This document shows positions 1 to 13,000 of a stretch of DNA of 30,452 nt, piece by piece. Origin of the DNA: Macrostomum lignano (Eukaryota); NCBI GenBank assembly GCA_002269645.1, contig NIVC01002370.1, positions 1 to 30,452 of the forward strand. Direction: 5' to 3'. A program made the position numbers and the translations under genes. The notes under the pieces are model-generated. The model did not search any database, was not told where the DNA came from, and saw only the letters and a list, made by a program, of their open reading frames with translations. Positions within the stretch are counted from its first letter, which is position 1. Every line of letters starts with the position of its first letter.

Positions 1-590
1 CGACACCCGGGATAAGCACAGGTACGACACCGGGATAAGCACAGGTAAGACACCGCGGGATAAGCACAGGTAAGACACCCGAGCTAATCACAGGTAAGCA
101 CCGGGATAAGCACAGGTAAGACAACCGGAATAAAGCACAGGTAAGACACTCAGGAAAATCACAGGTGAGACACCCGGGATAATCACAGGTAAGTATACTC
201 CAGTTGAGCACAGGTAAGACACCAGGATAATCACAGTAAGACACTGGGATAATCAAAAGTAAGACACCCGGGATAATCACAGGTAAGACACCGGGATAAG
301 CACAGGTAAGACACTCCAGTTGAGCACAGGTAAGACACCAGGATAATCACAGGTAAGACACTGGGATAATCACAAGTAAGACACCCGGGATAATCACAGG
401 TAAGACACCGGATAAGCACAGGTAAGACACCTGGGATAAAGCACAGGTAAGACACCAGGAAATTCACAGGTGAGACACCCGGAATAATCACAGTAAGACA
501 CTCCAGTTGAGCACAGGTAAGACACTGGGATAATCACAAGTAAGAAACCTGGGATAATTACAGGTAAGACACCGGTATAAAGCATCGACA
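1..590. repeat. Degenerate ~23-bp minisatellite (consensus GGGATAA(G/T)CACAGGTAAGACACC, ~25 copies) filling an intron of the NDOR1-like gene; truncated by the window start
   Basis: CACAGGTAAGACAC recurs every 22-24 bp. A variant unit containing CTCCAGTTGAG recurs at ~198, ~314 and ~501. It lies immediately downstream (minus strand) of the GTGAGT donor at 600-595. Confidence 0.92.
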
Positions 591-600
591 AGACACTCAC

Positions 601-1027
601 CGCTCTGGCTGCTCCCGTTGCCATGGAGACAGCCTTGAGTCAGGCCGCCTGCTCATAGCCAGGCGCCAGAACTTGCGCATATTGGCTGGTGATCGCCCTG
701 TCCCGTGGTTGAACAAGCCGCGATAAGCAGCTGCTGGCGAAGATCGTTGCTAGGCAAACAATCAGCCGCCGTTTCCAAGGCAACAATGCCGACTTCGTCT
801 AAACGAGCCGAAGCGACAGTTTAAACGCGTGAGATCGGGCAAAATTGTACAGGGTCAGGGCGGCGTCTTGGGCCACACGGTCTCGCTGCCGTAGGCTATG
901 GTCAGTTGGGGAGGCTGACGCGCAGGTTCAGGATGATGAAGCTGATGGAAGTACCGCCACCACCGGTTCCAGACTCTTCGCCGTTGTTACAGGGCGGAAC
1001 CATGGTCGAATGAGGAGTGTCGGGTTG
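601..1027 (-). CDS. NDOR1: 5' coding exon of a diflavin oxidoreductase (flavodoxin-like FMN-binding domain), most similar to NADPH-dependent diflavin oxidoreductase 1; interrupted by 3-4 apparent 1-nt deletions
   Basis: Manual minus-strand translation with frame corrections at ~878, ~821 and ~691 gives QLTIAYGSET[G]VAQDAALTLYNFARSHAFK...ARLDEVGIVAL...QLLIAACSTTGQGD[P]PANMRKFWRLAM. This matches the recalled NDOR1 motifs LLVLFGSQTGTAQD and VCATTGQGDPPDNMKNFWR better than POR, MTRR, NOS or TYW1. The exon is bounded by the acceptor CCCTAATCCGCAATTCCAG (AG at 1029-1028) and the donor GCG|GTGAGT (600). A candidate ATG at 1003 needs one more frame correction near 950. Confidence 0.8.
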
Positions 1028-1097
1028 CTGGAATTGCGGATTAGGGTAGGGTGCCTCTTAGTGGGCATCTTGTCAGCAGGATTTGCTCCTGTCAGAC

Positions 1098-4000
1098 GGT
1101 ACTTGTCAGTAGCTATGGCTAACTTGTCAGTGGCTGTGGGTAACTTGTCAGTGGCTGTGGGTAACTTGTCAGTTGCTATGGCTAACTTGTCAGTCGTTAT
1201 GGACAACTTGTCAGTGGCTATGGTAACTTGTCAGTCGTTATGGATAACTTTCAGTGGCTATGGGTAACTTGTCAGTGGCTATGGGTAACTTGTCAGTGGC
1301 TATGGGTAACTTGTCAGTGGCTGTGGGTAACTTGTCAGTGCTATGGCTAACTTGTCAGTCTATGGACACTTGTCAGTGGCTATGCTAACTTGTCAGTCGT
1401 TATGGATAACTTTCAGTGGCTATGGGTAACTTGTCAGTGGCTGTGGGTAACTTGTCAGTGGCTATGGCTAACTTGTCAGTCGTTATGGATAACTTGTCAG
1501 TGGCTATGGGTAACTTGTCAGTGGCTGTGGGTAACTTGTCAGTGGCTATGGTAACTTGTCAGTGGCTATGGGTAACTTGTCAGTCATGGATAACTTGTCA
1601 GTCGTTATGGAAACTTGTCAGTGGCTATGGCTAACTTGTCAGTCGTTATGGTAACTTTCAGTGGCTATGGGTAACTTGTCAGTGGCCATTGGTAACTTGT
1701 CAGCGGCTGTGGTAACTTGTCAGTGGCTATGGCTAACTTGTCAGTCGTTATGGATAACTTGTCAGTGGCTATGGGTAACTTGTCAGTGGCTGTGGGTAAC
1801 TTGTCAGTGGCTATGGGTAACTTGTCAGTGGCTGTGGTAACTTGTCAGTGGTTGTGGGTAACTTGTCAGTGGCTATGGGTAACTTGTCAGTGGCTATGGG
1901 TAACTTGTCAGTGGCTATGGGTAACTTGTCAGTCGTTATGGTAACTTGTCAGTGGCTATGGCTAACTTGTCAGTCGTTATGGATAACTTGTCAGTGGCTA
2001 TGGGTAACTTGTCAGTGGCTATAGGTAACTTGTCAGTGGCCATGGGTAACTTGTCAGTGGCTGTGGGTAACTTGTCAGTGGCTATGGGTAACTTGTCAGT
2101 GGCTATGGGTAACTTGTCAGTGGCCATTGGTAACTTGTCAGTGGCTATGGGTAACTTGTCAGTGGCTGTGGGTAACTTGTCAGTGGTTGTGGGTAACTTG
2201 TCAGTGGCTGTGGGTAACTTGTCAGTAGGCATGGCTAACTTGTCAGTGGCTATGGGTAACTTGTCAGTGGCCATTAGTAACTTGTCAGTGGCTATGGGTA
2301 ACTTGTCAGTGGCTGTGGGTAACTTGTCAGTGGCTATGGGTAACTTGTCAGTGGCTATGGGTAACTTGTCAGTGGCTATGGGTAACTTGTCAGTGGCTAT
2401 GGGTAACTTGTCAGTGGCTATGGGTAACTTGTCAGTGGTATGGGTAACTTGTCAGTGGCCATGGGTAACTTGTCAGTGGCTGTGGGTAACTTGTCAGTGG
2501 CTATGGGTAACTTGTCAGTGGCTATGGGTAACTTGTCAGTGGGTATGGGTAACTTGTCAGTGGCCATGGGTAACTTGTCAGTGGCTGTGGGTAACTTGTC
2601 AGTGGCTATGGGTAACTTGTCAGTGGCTATGGGTAACTTGTCAGTGGCCATTGGTAACTTGTCAGTGGCTATGGGTAACTTGTCAGTGGCTGTGGGTAAC
2701 TTGTCAGTGGTGTGGGTAACTTGTCAGTGGCTGTGGGTAACTTGTCAGTGGCATGGTAACTTGTCAGTGGCTATGGGTAACTTGTCAGTGGCCATGGGTA
2801 ACTTGTCAGTGGCTGTGGGTAACTTGTCAGTGGCTATGGGTAACTTGTCAGTGGCTATGGGTAACTTGTCAGTGGCCATTGGTAACTTGTCAGTGGCTAT
2901 GGGTAACTTGTCAGTGGCTGTGGGTAACTTGTCAGTGGCTTGTGGGTAACTTGTCAGTGGCTGTGGGTAACTTGTCAGTGGCATGGTAACTTGTCAGTGG
3001 CTATGGGTAACTTGTCAGTGGCTATGGGTAACTTGTCAGTGGCCATTAGTAACTTGTCAGTGGCTATGGGTAACTTGTCAGTGGCTGTGGGTAACTTGTC
3101 AGTGGCTATGGGTAACTTGTCAGTGGCTATGGGTAACTTGTCAGTGGCTATGGGTAACTTGTCAGTGGCTATGGGTAACTTGTCAGTGGCTATGGGTAAC
3201 TTGTCAGTGGCTATGGGTAACTTGTCAGTGGCTATGGGTAACTTGTCAGTGGCTGTGGGTAACTTGTCAGTGGCTATGGGTAACTTGTCAGTGGCTATGG
3301 GTAACTTGTCAGTGGCTATGGGTAACTTGTCAGTGGCTGTGGGTAACTTGTCAGTGGCTATGGGTAACTTGTCAGTGGCTATGGGTAACTTGTCAGTGGC
3401 TATGGTAACTTGTCAGTGGCTATGGGTAACTTGTCAGTGGCTATGGGTAACTTGTCAGTGGCTGTGGGTAACTTGTCAGTGGTTGTGGGTAACTTGTCAG
3501 TGGCTGTGGGTAACTTGTCAGTGGCATGGCTAACTTGTCAGTGGCTATGGGTAACTTGTCAGTGGCTATGGGTAACTTGTCAGTGGCCATTAAACTTGTC
3601 AGTGGCTATGGGTAACTTGTCAGTGGCTGTGGGTAACTTGTCAGTGGCTGTGGGTAACTTGTCAGTGGCTGTGGGTAACTTGTCAGTGGCATGGGTAACT
3701 TGTCAGTGGCTATGGGTAACTTGTCAGTGGTTGTGGTAACTTGTCAGTGGCTGTGGGTAACTTGTCAGTGGCATGGTAACTTGTCAGTGGCTATGGGTAA
3801 CTTGTCAGTGGCTTGGGTAACTTGTCAGTGGCTTGTGGGTAACTTGTCAGTGGCTATGGGTAACTTGTCAGTGGCTATGGGTAACTTGTCAGTGGCATGG
3901 GTAACTTGTCAGTGGCTATGGTAACTTGTCAGTGGCTATGGGTAACTTGTCAGTGGCTGTGGGTAACTTGTCAGTGGCTTGTGGTAACTTGTCAGTGGCT

Positions 4001-7000
4001 GTGGGTAACTTGTCAGTGGCATGGTAACTTGTCAGTGGCTATGGGTAACTTGTCAGTGGCTATGGGTAACTTGTCAGTGGCATGTAACTTGTCAGTGGCT
4101 ATGGGTAACTTGTCAGTGGCTGTGGGTAACTTGTCAGTGGCTATGGGTAACTTGTCAGTGGCTATGGGTAACTTGTCAGTGGCTATGGGTAACTTGTCAG
4201 TGGCTATGGGTAACTTGTCAGTGGCTATGGGTAACTTGTCAGTGGCTGTGGGTAACTTGTCAGTGGCTATGGGTAACTTGTCAGTGGCTATGGGTAACTT
4301 GTCAGTGGCTATGGGTAACTTGTCAGTGGCTGGGTAACTTGTCAGTGGCTGTGGGTAACTTGTCAGTGGCTATGGGTAACTTGTCAGTGGCTGTGGGTAA
4401 CTTGTCAGTGGCTTGGGTAACTTGTCAGTGGCTGTGGGTAACTTGTCAGTGGCATGGGTAACTTGTCAGTGGCTATGGGTAACTTGTCAGTGGCTATGGG
4501 TAACTTGTCAGTGGCTGTGGGTAACTTGTCAGTGGCTATGGGTAACTTGTCAGTGGCTATGGGTAACTTGTCAGTGGCTGTGGGTAACTTGTCAGTGGCT
4601 GTGGGTAACTTGTCAGTGGCTGTGGGTAACTTGTCAGTGGCTGGGTAACTTGTCAGTGGCTATGGGTAACTTGTCAGTGGCTATGGGTAACTTGTCAGTG
4701 GCTTGGGTAACTTGTCAGTGGCTATGGGTAACTTGTCAGTGGCTATGGGTAACTTGTCAGTGGCATGGGTAACTTGTCAGTGGCTATGGTAACTTGTCAG
4801 TGGCTATGGGTAACTTGTCAGTGGCTATGGGTAACTTGTCAGTGGCTGTGGGTAACTTGTCAGTGGCTATGGGTAACTTGTCAGTGGCTATGGGTAACTT
4901 GTCAGTGGCTTGGGTAACTTGTCAGTGGCTATGGTAACTTGTCAGTGGCTATGGGTAACTTGTCAGTGGCTGGGTAACTTGTCAGTGGCTATGGGTAACT
5001 TGTCAGTGGCTGTGGGTAACTTGTCAGTGGCTGTGGGTAACTTGTCAGTGGCTGTGGGTAACTTGTCAGTGGCATGGGTAACTTGTCAGTGGCTATGGGT
5101 AACTTGTCAGTGGCTATGGGTAACTTGTCAGTGGCTGTGGTAACTTGTCAGTGGCTATGGGTAACTTGTCAGTGGCTATGGGTAACTTGTCAGTGGCTTG
5201 GGTAACTTGTCAGTGGCTATGGGTAACTTGTCAGTGGCTGTGGGTAACTTGTCAGTGGCTTGTGGTAACTTGTCAGTGGCTGTGGGTAACTTGTCAGTGG
5301 CATGGGTAACTTGTCAGTGGCTATGGGTAACTTGTCAGTGGCTATGGGTAACTTGTCAGTGGCTATGGGTAACTTGTCAGTGGCTATGGGTAACTTGTCA
5401 GTGGCTATGGGTAACTTGTCAGTGGCTATGGGTAACTTGTCAGTGGCTATGGGTAACTTGTCAGTGGCTATGGGTAACTTGTCAGTGGCTATGGGTAACT
5501 TGTCAGTGGCTATGGGTAACTTGTCAGTGGCTATGGGTAACTTGTCAGTGGCTATGGGTAACTTGTCAGTGGCTGTGGGTAACTTGTCAGTGGCTATGGG
5601 TAACTTGTCAGTGGCTATGGGTAACTTGTCAGTGGCTATGGGTAACTTGTCAGTGGCTGTGGGTAACTTGTCAGTGGCTATGGGTAACTTGTCAGTGGCT
5701 ATGGGTAACTTGTCAGTGGCTATGGGTAACTTGTCAGTGGCTATGGGTAACTTGTCAGTGGCTGTGGGTAACTTGTCAGTGGCTGTGGGTAACTTGTCAG
5801 TGGCTGTGGGTAACTTGTCAGTGGCTGTGGGTAACTTGTCAGTGGCTGGGGTAACTTGTCAGTGGCTATGGGTAACTTGTCAGTGGCTATGGGTAACTTG
5901 TCAGTGGCTATGGGTAACTTGTCAGTGGCTATGGGTAACTTGTCAGTGGCTATGGGTAACTTGTCAGTGGCTGTGGGTAACTTGTCAGTGGCTGTGGGTA
6001 ACTTGTCAGTGGCTGGGTAACTTGTCAGTGGCTATGGGTAACTTGTCAGTGGCTATGGGTAACTTGTCAGTGGCTGTGGGTAACTTGTCAGTGGCTGTGG
6101 GTAACTTGTCAGTGGCTATGGGTAACTTGTCAGTGGCTATGGGTAACTTGTCAGTGGCTGTGGGTAACTTGTCAGTGGCTATGGGTAACTTGTCAGTGGC
6201 TATGGGTAACTTGTCAGTGGCTGGGTAACTTGTCAGTGGCTATGGGTAACTTGTCAGTGGCTATGGGTAACTTGTCAGTGGCTATGGGTAACTTGTCAGT
6301 GGCTGTGGGTAACTTGTCAGTGGCTATGGGTAACTTGTCAGTGGCTATGGGTAACTTGTCAGTGGCTGTGGGTAACTTGTCAGTGGCTGTGGGTAACTTG
6401 TCAGTGGCTGTGGGTAACTTGTCAGTGGCATGGGTAACTTGTCAGTGGCTATGGTAACTTGTCAGTGGCTATGGGTAACTTGTCAGTGGCTATGGGTAAC
6501 TTGTCAGTGGCTATGGGTAACTTGTCAGTGGCTGTGGGTAACTTGTCAGTGGCTGTGGGTAACTTGTCAGTGGCTGTGGGTAACTTGTCAGTGGCTGGGG
6601 TAACTTGTCAGTGGCTATGGGTAACTTGTCAGTGGCTATGGGTAACTTGTCAGTGGCTGTGGGTAACTTGTCAGTGGCTGGGTAACTTGTCAGTGGCTAT
6701 GGGTAACTTGTCAGTGGCTATGGGTAACTTGTCAGTGGTTGTGGGTAACTTGTCAGTGGCTATGGGTAACTTGTCAGTGGCTATGGGTAACTTGTCAGTG
6801 GCTATGGTAACTTGTCAGTGGCTATGGGTAACTTGTCAGTGGCTGTGGGTAACTTGTCAGTGGCTATGGGTAACTTGTCAGTGGCTATGGGTAACTTGTC
6901 AGTGGCTTGTGGGTAACTTGTCAGTGGCTATGGGTAACTTGTCAGTGGCTATGGGTAACTTGTCAGTGGCTATGGGTAACTTGTCAGTGGCTATGGGTAA

Positions 7001-10000
7001 CTTGTCAGTGGCTATGGGTAACTTGTCAGTGGCTATGGTAACTTGTCAGTGGCTATGGGTAACTTGTCAGTGGCTATGGGTAACTTGTCAGTGGCTATGG
7101 GTAACTTGTCAGTGGCTGTGGGTAACTTGTCAGTGGCTATGGGTAACTTGTCAGTGGCTATGGGTAACTTGTCAGTGGCCATGGGTAACTTGTCAGTGGC
7201 TATGGGTAACTTGTCAGTGGCTGTGGGTAACTTGTCAGTGGTTGTGGGTAACTTGTCAGTGGCTGTGGGTAACTTGTCAGTGGCATGGGTAACTTGTCAG
7301 TGGCTATGGGTAACTTGTCAGTGGCCATGGGTAACTTGTCAGTGGCTATGGGTAACTTGTCAGTGGCTGTGGGTAACTTGTCAGTGGCTATGGGTAACTT
7401 GTCAGTGGCTATGGGTAACTTGTCAGTGGCTATGGGTAACTTGTCAGTGGCTATGGGTAACTTGTCAGTGGCTATGGGTAACTTGTCAGTGGCTATGGGT
7501 AACTTGTCAGTGGCATGGGTAACTTGTCAGTGGCTGTGGGTAACTTGTCAGTGGCTATGGGTAACTTGTCAGTGGCTATGGGTAACTTGTCAGTGGCTAT
7601 GGGTAACTTGTCAGTGGCATGGGTAACTTGTCAGTGGCTGTGGGTAACTTGTCAGTGGCTATGGGTAACTTGTCAGTGGCTATGGGTAACTTGTCAGTGG
7701 CTATGGTAACTTGTCAGTGGCTATGGGTAACTTGTCAGTGGCTGTGGGTAACTTGTCAGTGGCTTGTGGTAACTTGTCAGTGGCTGTGGGTAACTTGTCA
7801 GTGGCATGGGTAACTTGTCAGTGGCTATGGGTAACTTGTCAGTGGCTATGGGTAACTTGTCAGTGGCTGTGGGTAACTTGTCAGTGGCTATGGGTAACTT
7901 GTCAGTGGCTATGGGTAACTTGTCAGTGGCCATGGGTAACTTGTCAGTGGCTATGGGTAACTTGTCAGTGGCTGTGGGTAACTTGTCAGTGGCTTGTGGT
8001 AACTTGTCAGTGGCTGTGGGTAACTTGTCAGTGGCATGGGTAACTTGTCAGTGGCTATGGGTAACTTGTCAGTGGCTATGGGTAACTTGTCAGTGGCTAT
8101 GGGTAACTTGTCAGTGGCTATGGGTAACTTGTCAGTGGCTGTGGGTAACTTGTCAGTGGCTATGGGTAACTTGTCAGTGGCTATGGGTAACTTGTCAGTG
8201 GCTATGGGTAACTTGTCAGTGGCTATGGGTAACTTGTCAGTGGCTATGGGTAACTTGTCAGTGGCTATGGGTAACTTGTCAGTGGCTATGGGTAACTTGT
8301 CAGTGGCTGTGGGTAACTTGTCAGTGGCTATGGGTAACTTGTCAGTGGCTATGGGTAACTTGTCAGTGGCTATGGGTAACTTGTCAGTGGCTGTGGGTAA
8401 CTTGTCAGTGGCTATGGGTAACTTGTCAGTGGCTATGGGTAACTTGTCAGTGGCTATGGGTAACTTGTCAGTGGCTATGGGTAACTTGTCAGTGGCTGTG
8501 GGTAACTTGTCAGTGGCTGTGGGTAACTTGTCAGTGGCTTGTGGGTAACTTGTCAGTGGCTGTGGGTAACTTGTCAGTGGCATGGGTAACTTGTCAGTGG
8601 CTATGGGTAACTTGTCAGTGGCTATGGGTAACTTGTCAGTGGCTGGGTAACTTGTCAGTGGCTATGGGTAACTTGTCAGTGGCTGTGGGTAACTTGTCAG
8701 TGGCTGTGGGTAACTTGTCAGTGGCTGTGGGTAACTTGTCAGTGGCATGGGTAACTTGTCAGTGGCTATGGGTAACTTGTCAGTGGTTGTGGGTAACTTG
8801 TCAGTGGCTGTGGGTAACTTGTCAGTGGCATGGCTAACTTGTCAGTGGCTATGGGTAACTTGTCAGTGGCTTGTGGTAACTTGTCAGTGGCTTGTGGGTA
8901 ACTTGTCAGTGGCTATGGGTAACTTGTCAGTGGCTGTGGGTAACTTGTCAGTGGCATGGGTAACTTGTCAGTGGCTATGGGTAACTTGTCAGTGGCTATG
9001 GGTAACTTGTCAGTGGCTGTGGGTAACTTGTCAGTGGTTGTGGTAACTTGTCAGTGGCTGTGGGTAACTTGTCAGTGGCATGGGTAACTTGTCAGTGGCT
9101 ATGGGTAACTTGTCAGTGGCTATGGGTAACTTGTCAGTGGCCATTGTAACTTGTCAGTGGCTATGGGTAACTTGTCAGTGGCTGTGGGTAACTTGTCAGT
9201 GGCTATGGGTAACTTGTCAGTGGCTATGGGTAACTTGTCAGTGGCTATGGGTAACTTGTCAGTGGCTATGGGTAACTTGTCAGTGGCATGGGTAACTTGT
9301 CAGTGGCTGTGGGTAACTTGTCAGTGGCTATGGGTAACTTGTCAGTGGCTATGGGTAACTTGTCAGTGGCTATGGGTAACTTGTCAGTGGCATGGGTAAC
9401 TTGTCAGTGGCTGTGGGTAACTTGTCAGTGGCTATGGGTAACTTGTCAGTGGCTGTGGGTAACTTGTCAGTGGCTTGTGGTAACTTGTCAGTGGCTGTGG
9501 GTAACTTGTCAGTGGCATGGTAACTTGTCAGTGGCTATGGGTAACTTGTCAGTGGCATGGGTAACTTGTCAGTGGCTGTGGGTAACTTGTCAGTGGCTAT
9601 GGGTAACTTGTCAGTGGCTATGGGTAACTTGTCAGTGGCTGTGGGTAACTTGTCAGTGGCTTGTGGGTAACTTGTCAGTGGCTGTGGGTAACTTGTCAGT
9701 GGCATGGTAACTTGTCAGTGGCTATGGGTAACTTGTCAGTGGCTGTGGTAACTTGTCAGTGGCTTGGGTAACTTGTCAGTGGCTATGGGTAACTTGTCAG
9801 TGGCTGTGGGTAACTTGTCAGTGGCTATGGGTAACTTGTCAGTGGCTATGGGTAACTTGTCAGTGGCTATGGGTAACTTGTCAGTGGCTGTGGGTAACTT
9901 GTCAGTGGCTGTGGGTAACTTGTCAGTGGCTATGGGTAACTTGTCAGTGGCTATGGGTAACTTGTCAGTGGCTGGTAACTTGTCAGTGGCTATGGGTAAC

Positions 10001-13000
10001 TTGTCAGTGGCTGTGGGTAACTTGTCAGTGGCATTGGTAACTTGTCAGTGGCTATGGGTAACTTGTCAGTGGCTGTGGGTAACTTGTCAGTGGTTGGGTA
10101 ACTTGTCAGTGGCTGTGGGTAACTTGTCAGTGGCATGGGTAACTTGTCAGTGGCTATGGGTAACTTGTCAGTGGCATGGGTAACTTGTCAGTGGCTGTGG
10201 GTAACTTGTCAGTGGCTATGGGTAACTTGTCAGTGGCTATGGGTAACTTGTCAGTGGCCATTGGTAACTTGTCAGTGGCTATGGGTAACTTGTCAGTGGC
10301 TGTGGGTAACTTGTCAGTGGTTGTGGGTAACTTGTCAGTGGCTGTGGGTAACTTGTCAGTGGCTATGGGTAACTTGTCAGTGGCTATGGGTAACTTGTCA
10401 GTGGCATGGTAACTTGTCAGTGGCTATGGGTAACTTGTCAGTGGCTGTGGGTAACTTGTCAGTGGTTGTGGGTAACTTGTCAGTGGCTGTGGGTAACTTG
10501 TCAGTGGCATGGGTAACTTGTCAGTGGCTATGGGTAACTTGTCAGTGGCATGGGTAACTTGTCAGTGGCTGTGGGTAACTTGTCAGTGGCTATGGGTAAC
10601 TTGTCAGTGGCTATGGGTAACTTGTCAGTGGCATGGTAACTTGTCAGTGGCTATGGGTAACTTGTCAGTGGCTGTGGGTAACTTGTCAGTGGTTGTGGTA
10701 ACTTGTCAGTGGCTGTGGGTAACTTGTCAGTGGCATGGTAACTTGTCAGTGGCTATGGGTAACTTGTCAGTGGCTATGGGTAACTTGTCAGTGGCTATGG
10801 GTAACTTGTCAGTGGCTATGGGTAACTTGTCAGTGGCTGTGGGTAACTTGTCAGTGGCTATGGGTAACTTGTCAGTGGCTATGGGTAACTTGTCAGTGGC
10901 TATGGGTAACTTGTCAGTGGCTATGGGTAACTTGTCAGTGGCTATGGGTAACTTGTCAGTGGCTATGGGTAACTTGTCAGTGGCTATGGGTAACTTGTCA
11001 GTGGCTGTGGTAACTTGTCAGTGGCTATGGGTAACTTGTCAGTGGCTATGGGTAACTTGTCAGTGGCATGGGTAACTTGTCAGTGGCTGTGGGTAACTTG
11101 TCAGTGGCTATGGGTAACTTGTCAGTGGCTATGGGTAACTTGTCAGTGGCATGGTAACTTGTCAGTGGCTATGGGTAACTTGTCAGTGGCTGTGGGTAAC
11201 TTGTCAGTGGCTGTGGGTAACTTGTCAGTGGTTGTGGGTAACTTGTCAGTGGCTGTGGGTAACTTGTCAGTGGCTGGGTAACTTGTCAGTGGCTATGGGT
11301 AACTTGTCAGTGGCTATGGGTAACTTGTCAGTGGCTATGTAACTTGTCAGTGGCTATGGGTAACTTGTCAGTGGCTGTGGGTAACTTGTCAGTGGCTGTG
11401 GGTAACTTGTCAGTGGCTGTGGGTAACTTGTCAGTGGCTATGGGTAACTTGTCAGTGGCTATGGGTAACTTGTCAGTGGCTATGGGTAACTTGTCAGTGG
11501 CTGTGGGTAACTTGTCAGTGGCTGGGGTAACTTGTCAGTGGCTATGGGTAACTTGTCAGTGGCTTGGGTAACTTGTCAGTGGCTTGGGTAACTTGTCAGT
11601 GGCTATGGGTAACTTGTCAGTGGCTATGGGTAACTTGTCAGTGGCTATGGGTAACTTGTCAGTGGCTATGGGTAACTTGTCAGTGGCTGTGGGTAACTTG
11701 TCAGTGGCTATGGGTAACTTGTCAGTGGCTGTGGGTAACTTGTCAGTGGCTGTGGGTAACTTGTCAGTGGCTATGGGTAACTTGTCAGTGGCTATGGGTA
11801 ACTTGTCAGTGGCTATGGGTAACTTGTCAGTGGCTATGGGTAACTTGTCAGTGGCTATGGGTAACTTGTCAGTGGCTATGGGTAACTTGTCAGTGGCTAT
11901 GGGTAACTTGTCAGTGGCTATGGGTAACTTGTCAGTGGCTATGGGTAACTTGTCAGTGGCTGTGGGTAACTTGTCAGTGGCTATGGGTAACTTGTCAGTG
12001 GCTATGGGTAACTTGTCAGTGGCTATGGGTAACTTGTCAGTGGCTATGGGTAACTTGTCAGTGGCTGTGGGTAACTTGTCAGTGGCTGTGGGTAACTTGT
12101 CAGTGGCTGTGGGTAACTTGTCAGTGGCTATGGGTAACTTGTCAGTGGCTATGGGTAACTTGTCAGTGGCTATGGGTAACTTGTCAGTGGCTATGGGTAA
12201 CTTGTCAGTGGCTATGGGTAACTTGTCAGTGGCTATGGGTAACTTGTCAGTGGCTATGGGTAACTTGTCAGTGGCTATGGGTAACTTGTCAGTGGCTATG
12301 GGTAACTTGTCAGTGGCTATGGGTAACTTGTCAGTGGCTATGGGTAACTTGTCAGTGGCTATGGGTAACTTGTCAGTGGCTGGGTAACTTGTCAGTGGCT
12401 ATGGGTAACTTGTCAGTGGCTATGGGTAACTTGTCAGTGGCTATGGGTAACTTGTCAGTGGCTATGGGTAACTTGTCAGTGGCTGGGTAACTTGTCAGTG
12501 GCTGTGGGTAACTTGTCAGTGGCTATGGGTAACTTGTCAGTGGCTATGGGTAACTTGTCAGTGGCTATTGGGTAACTTGTCAGTGGCTATGGGTAACTTG
12601 TCAGTGGCTGTGGGTAACTTGTCAGTGGCTGTGGGTAACTTGTCAGTGGCTGTGGGTAACTTGTCAGTGGCTATGGGTAACTTGTCAGTGGCTATGGGTA
12701 ACTTGTCAGTGGCTGGGTAACTTGTCAGTGGCTATGGGTAACTTGTCAGTGGCTATGGGTAACTTGTCAGTGGCTATGGGTAACTTGTCAGTGGCTATTG
12801 GGTAACTTGTCAGTGGCTATGGGTAACTTGTCAGTGGCTGTGGGTAACTTGTCAGTGGCTGTGGGTAACTTGTCAGTGGCTGGGTAACTTGTCAGTGGCA
12901 TGGGTAACTTGTCAGTGGCTATGGGTAACTTGTCAGTGGCTATGGGTAACTTGTCAGTGGCTATGTAACTTGTCAGTGGCTATGGGTAACTTGTCAGTGG

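Noticed and set aside
1041-1051. TTAGGGTAGGG telomere-like sequence
   Set aside because: Only one full TTAGGG; it is better explained as the complement of the branch-point region CCCTAA.
845-1267. 140-aa plus-strand ORF
   Set aside because: It is antisense to the NDOR1-like exon and runs into the satellite; no recognisable family.
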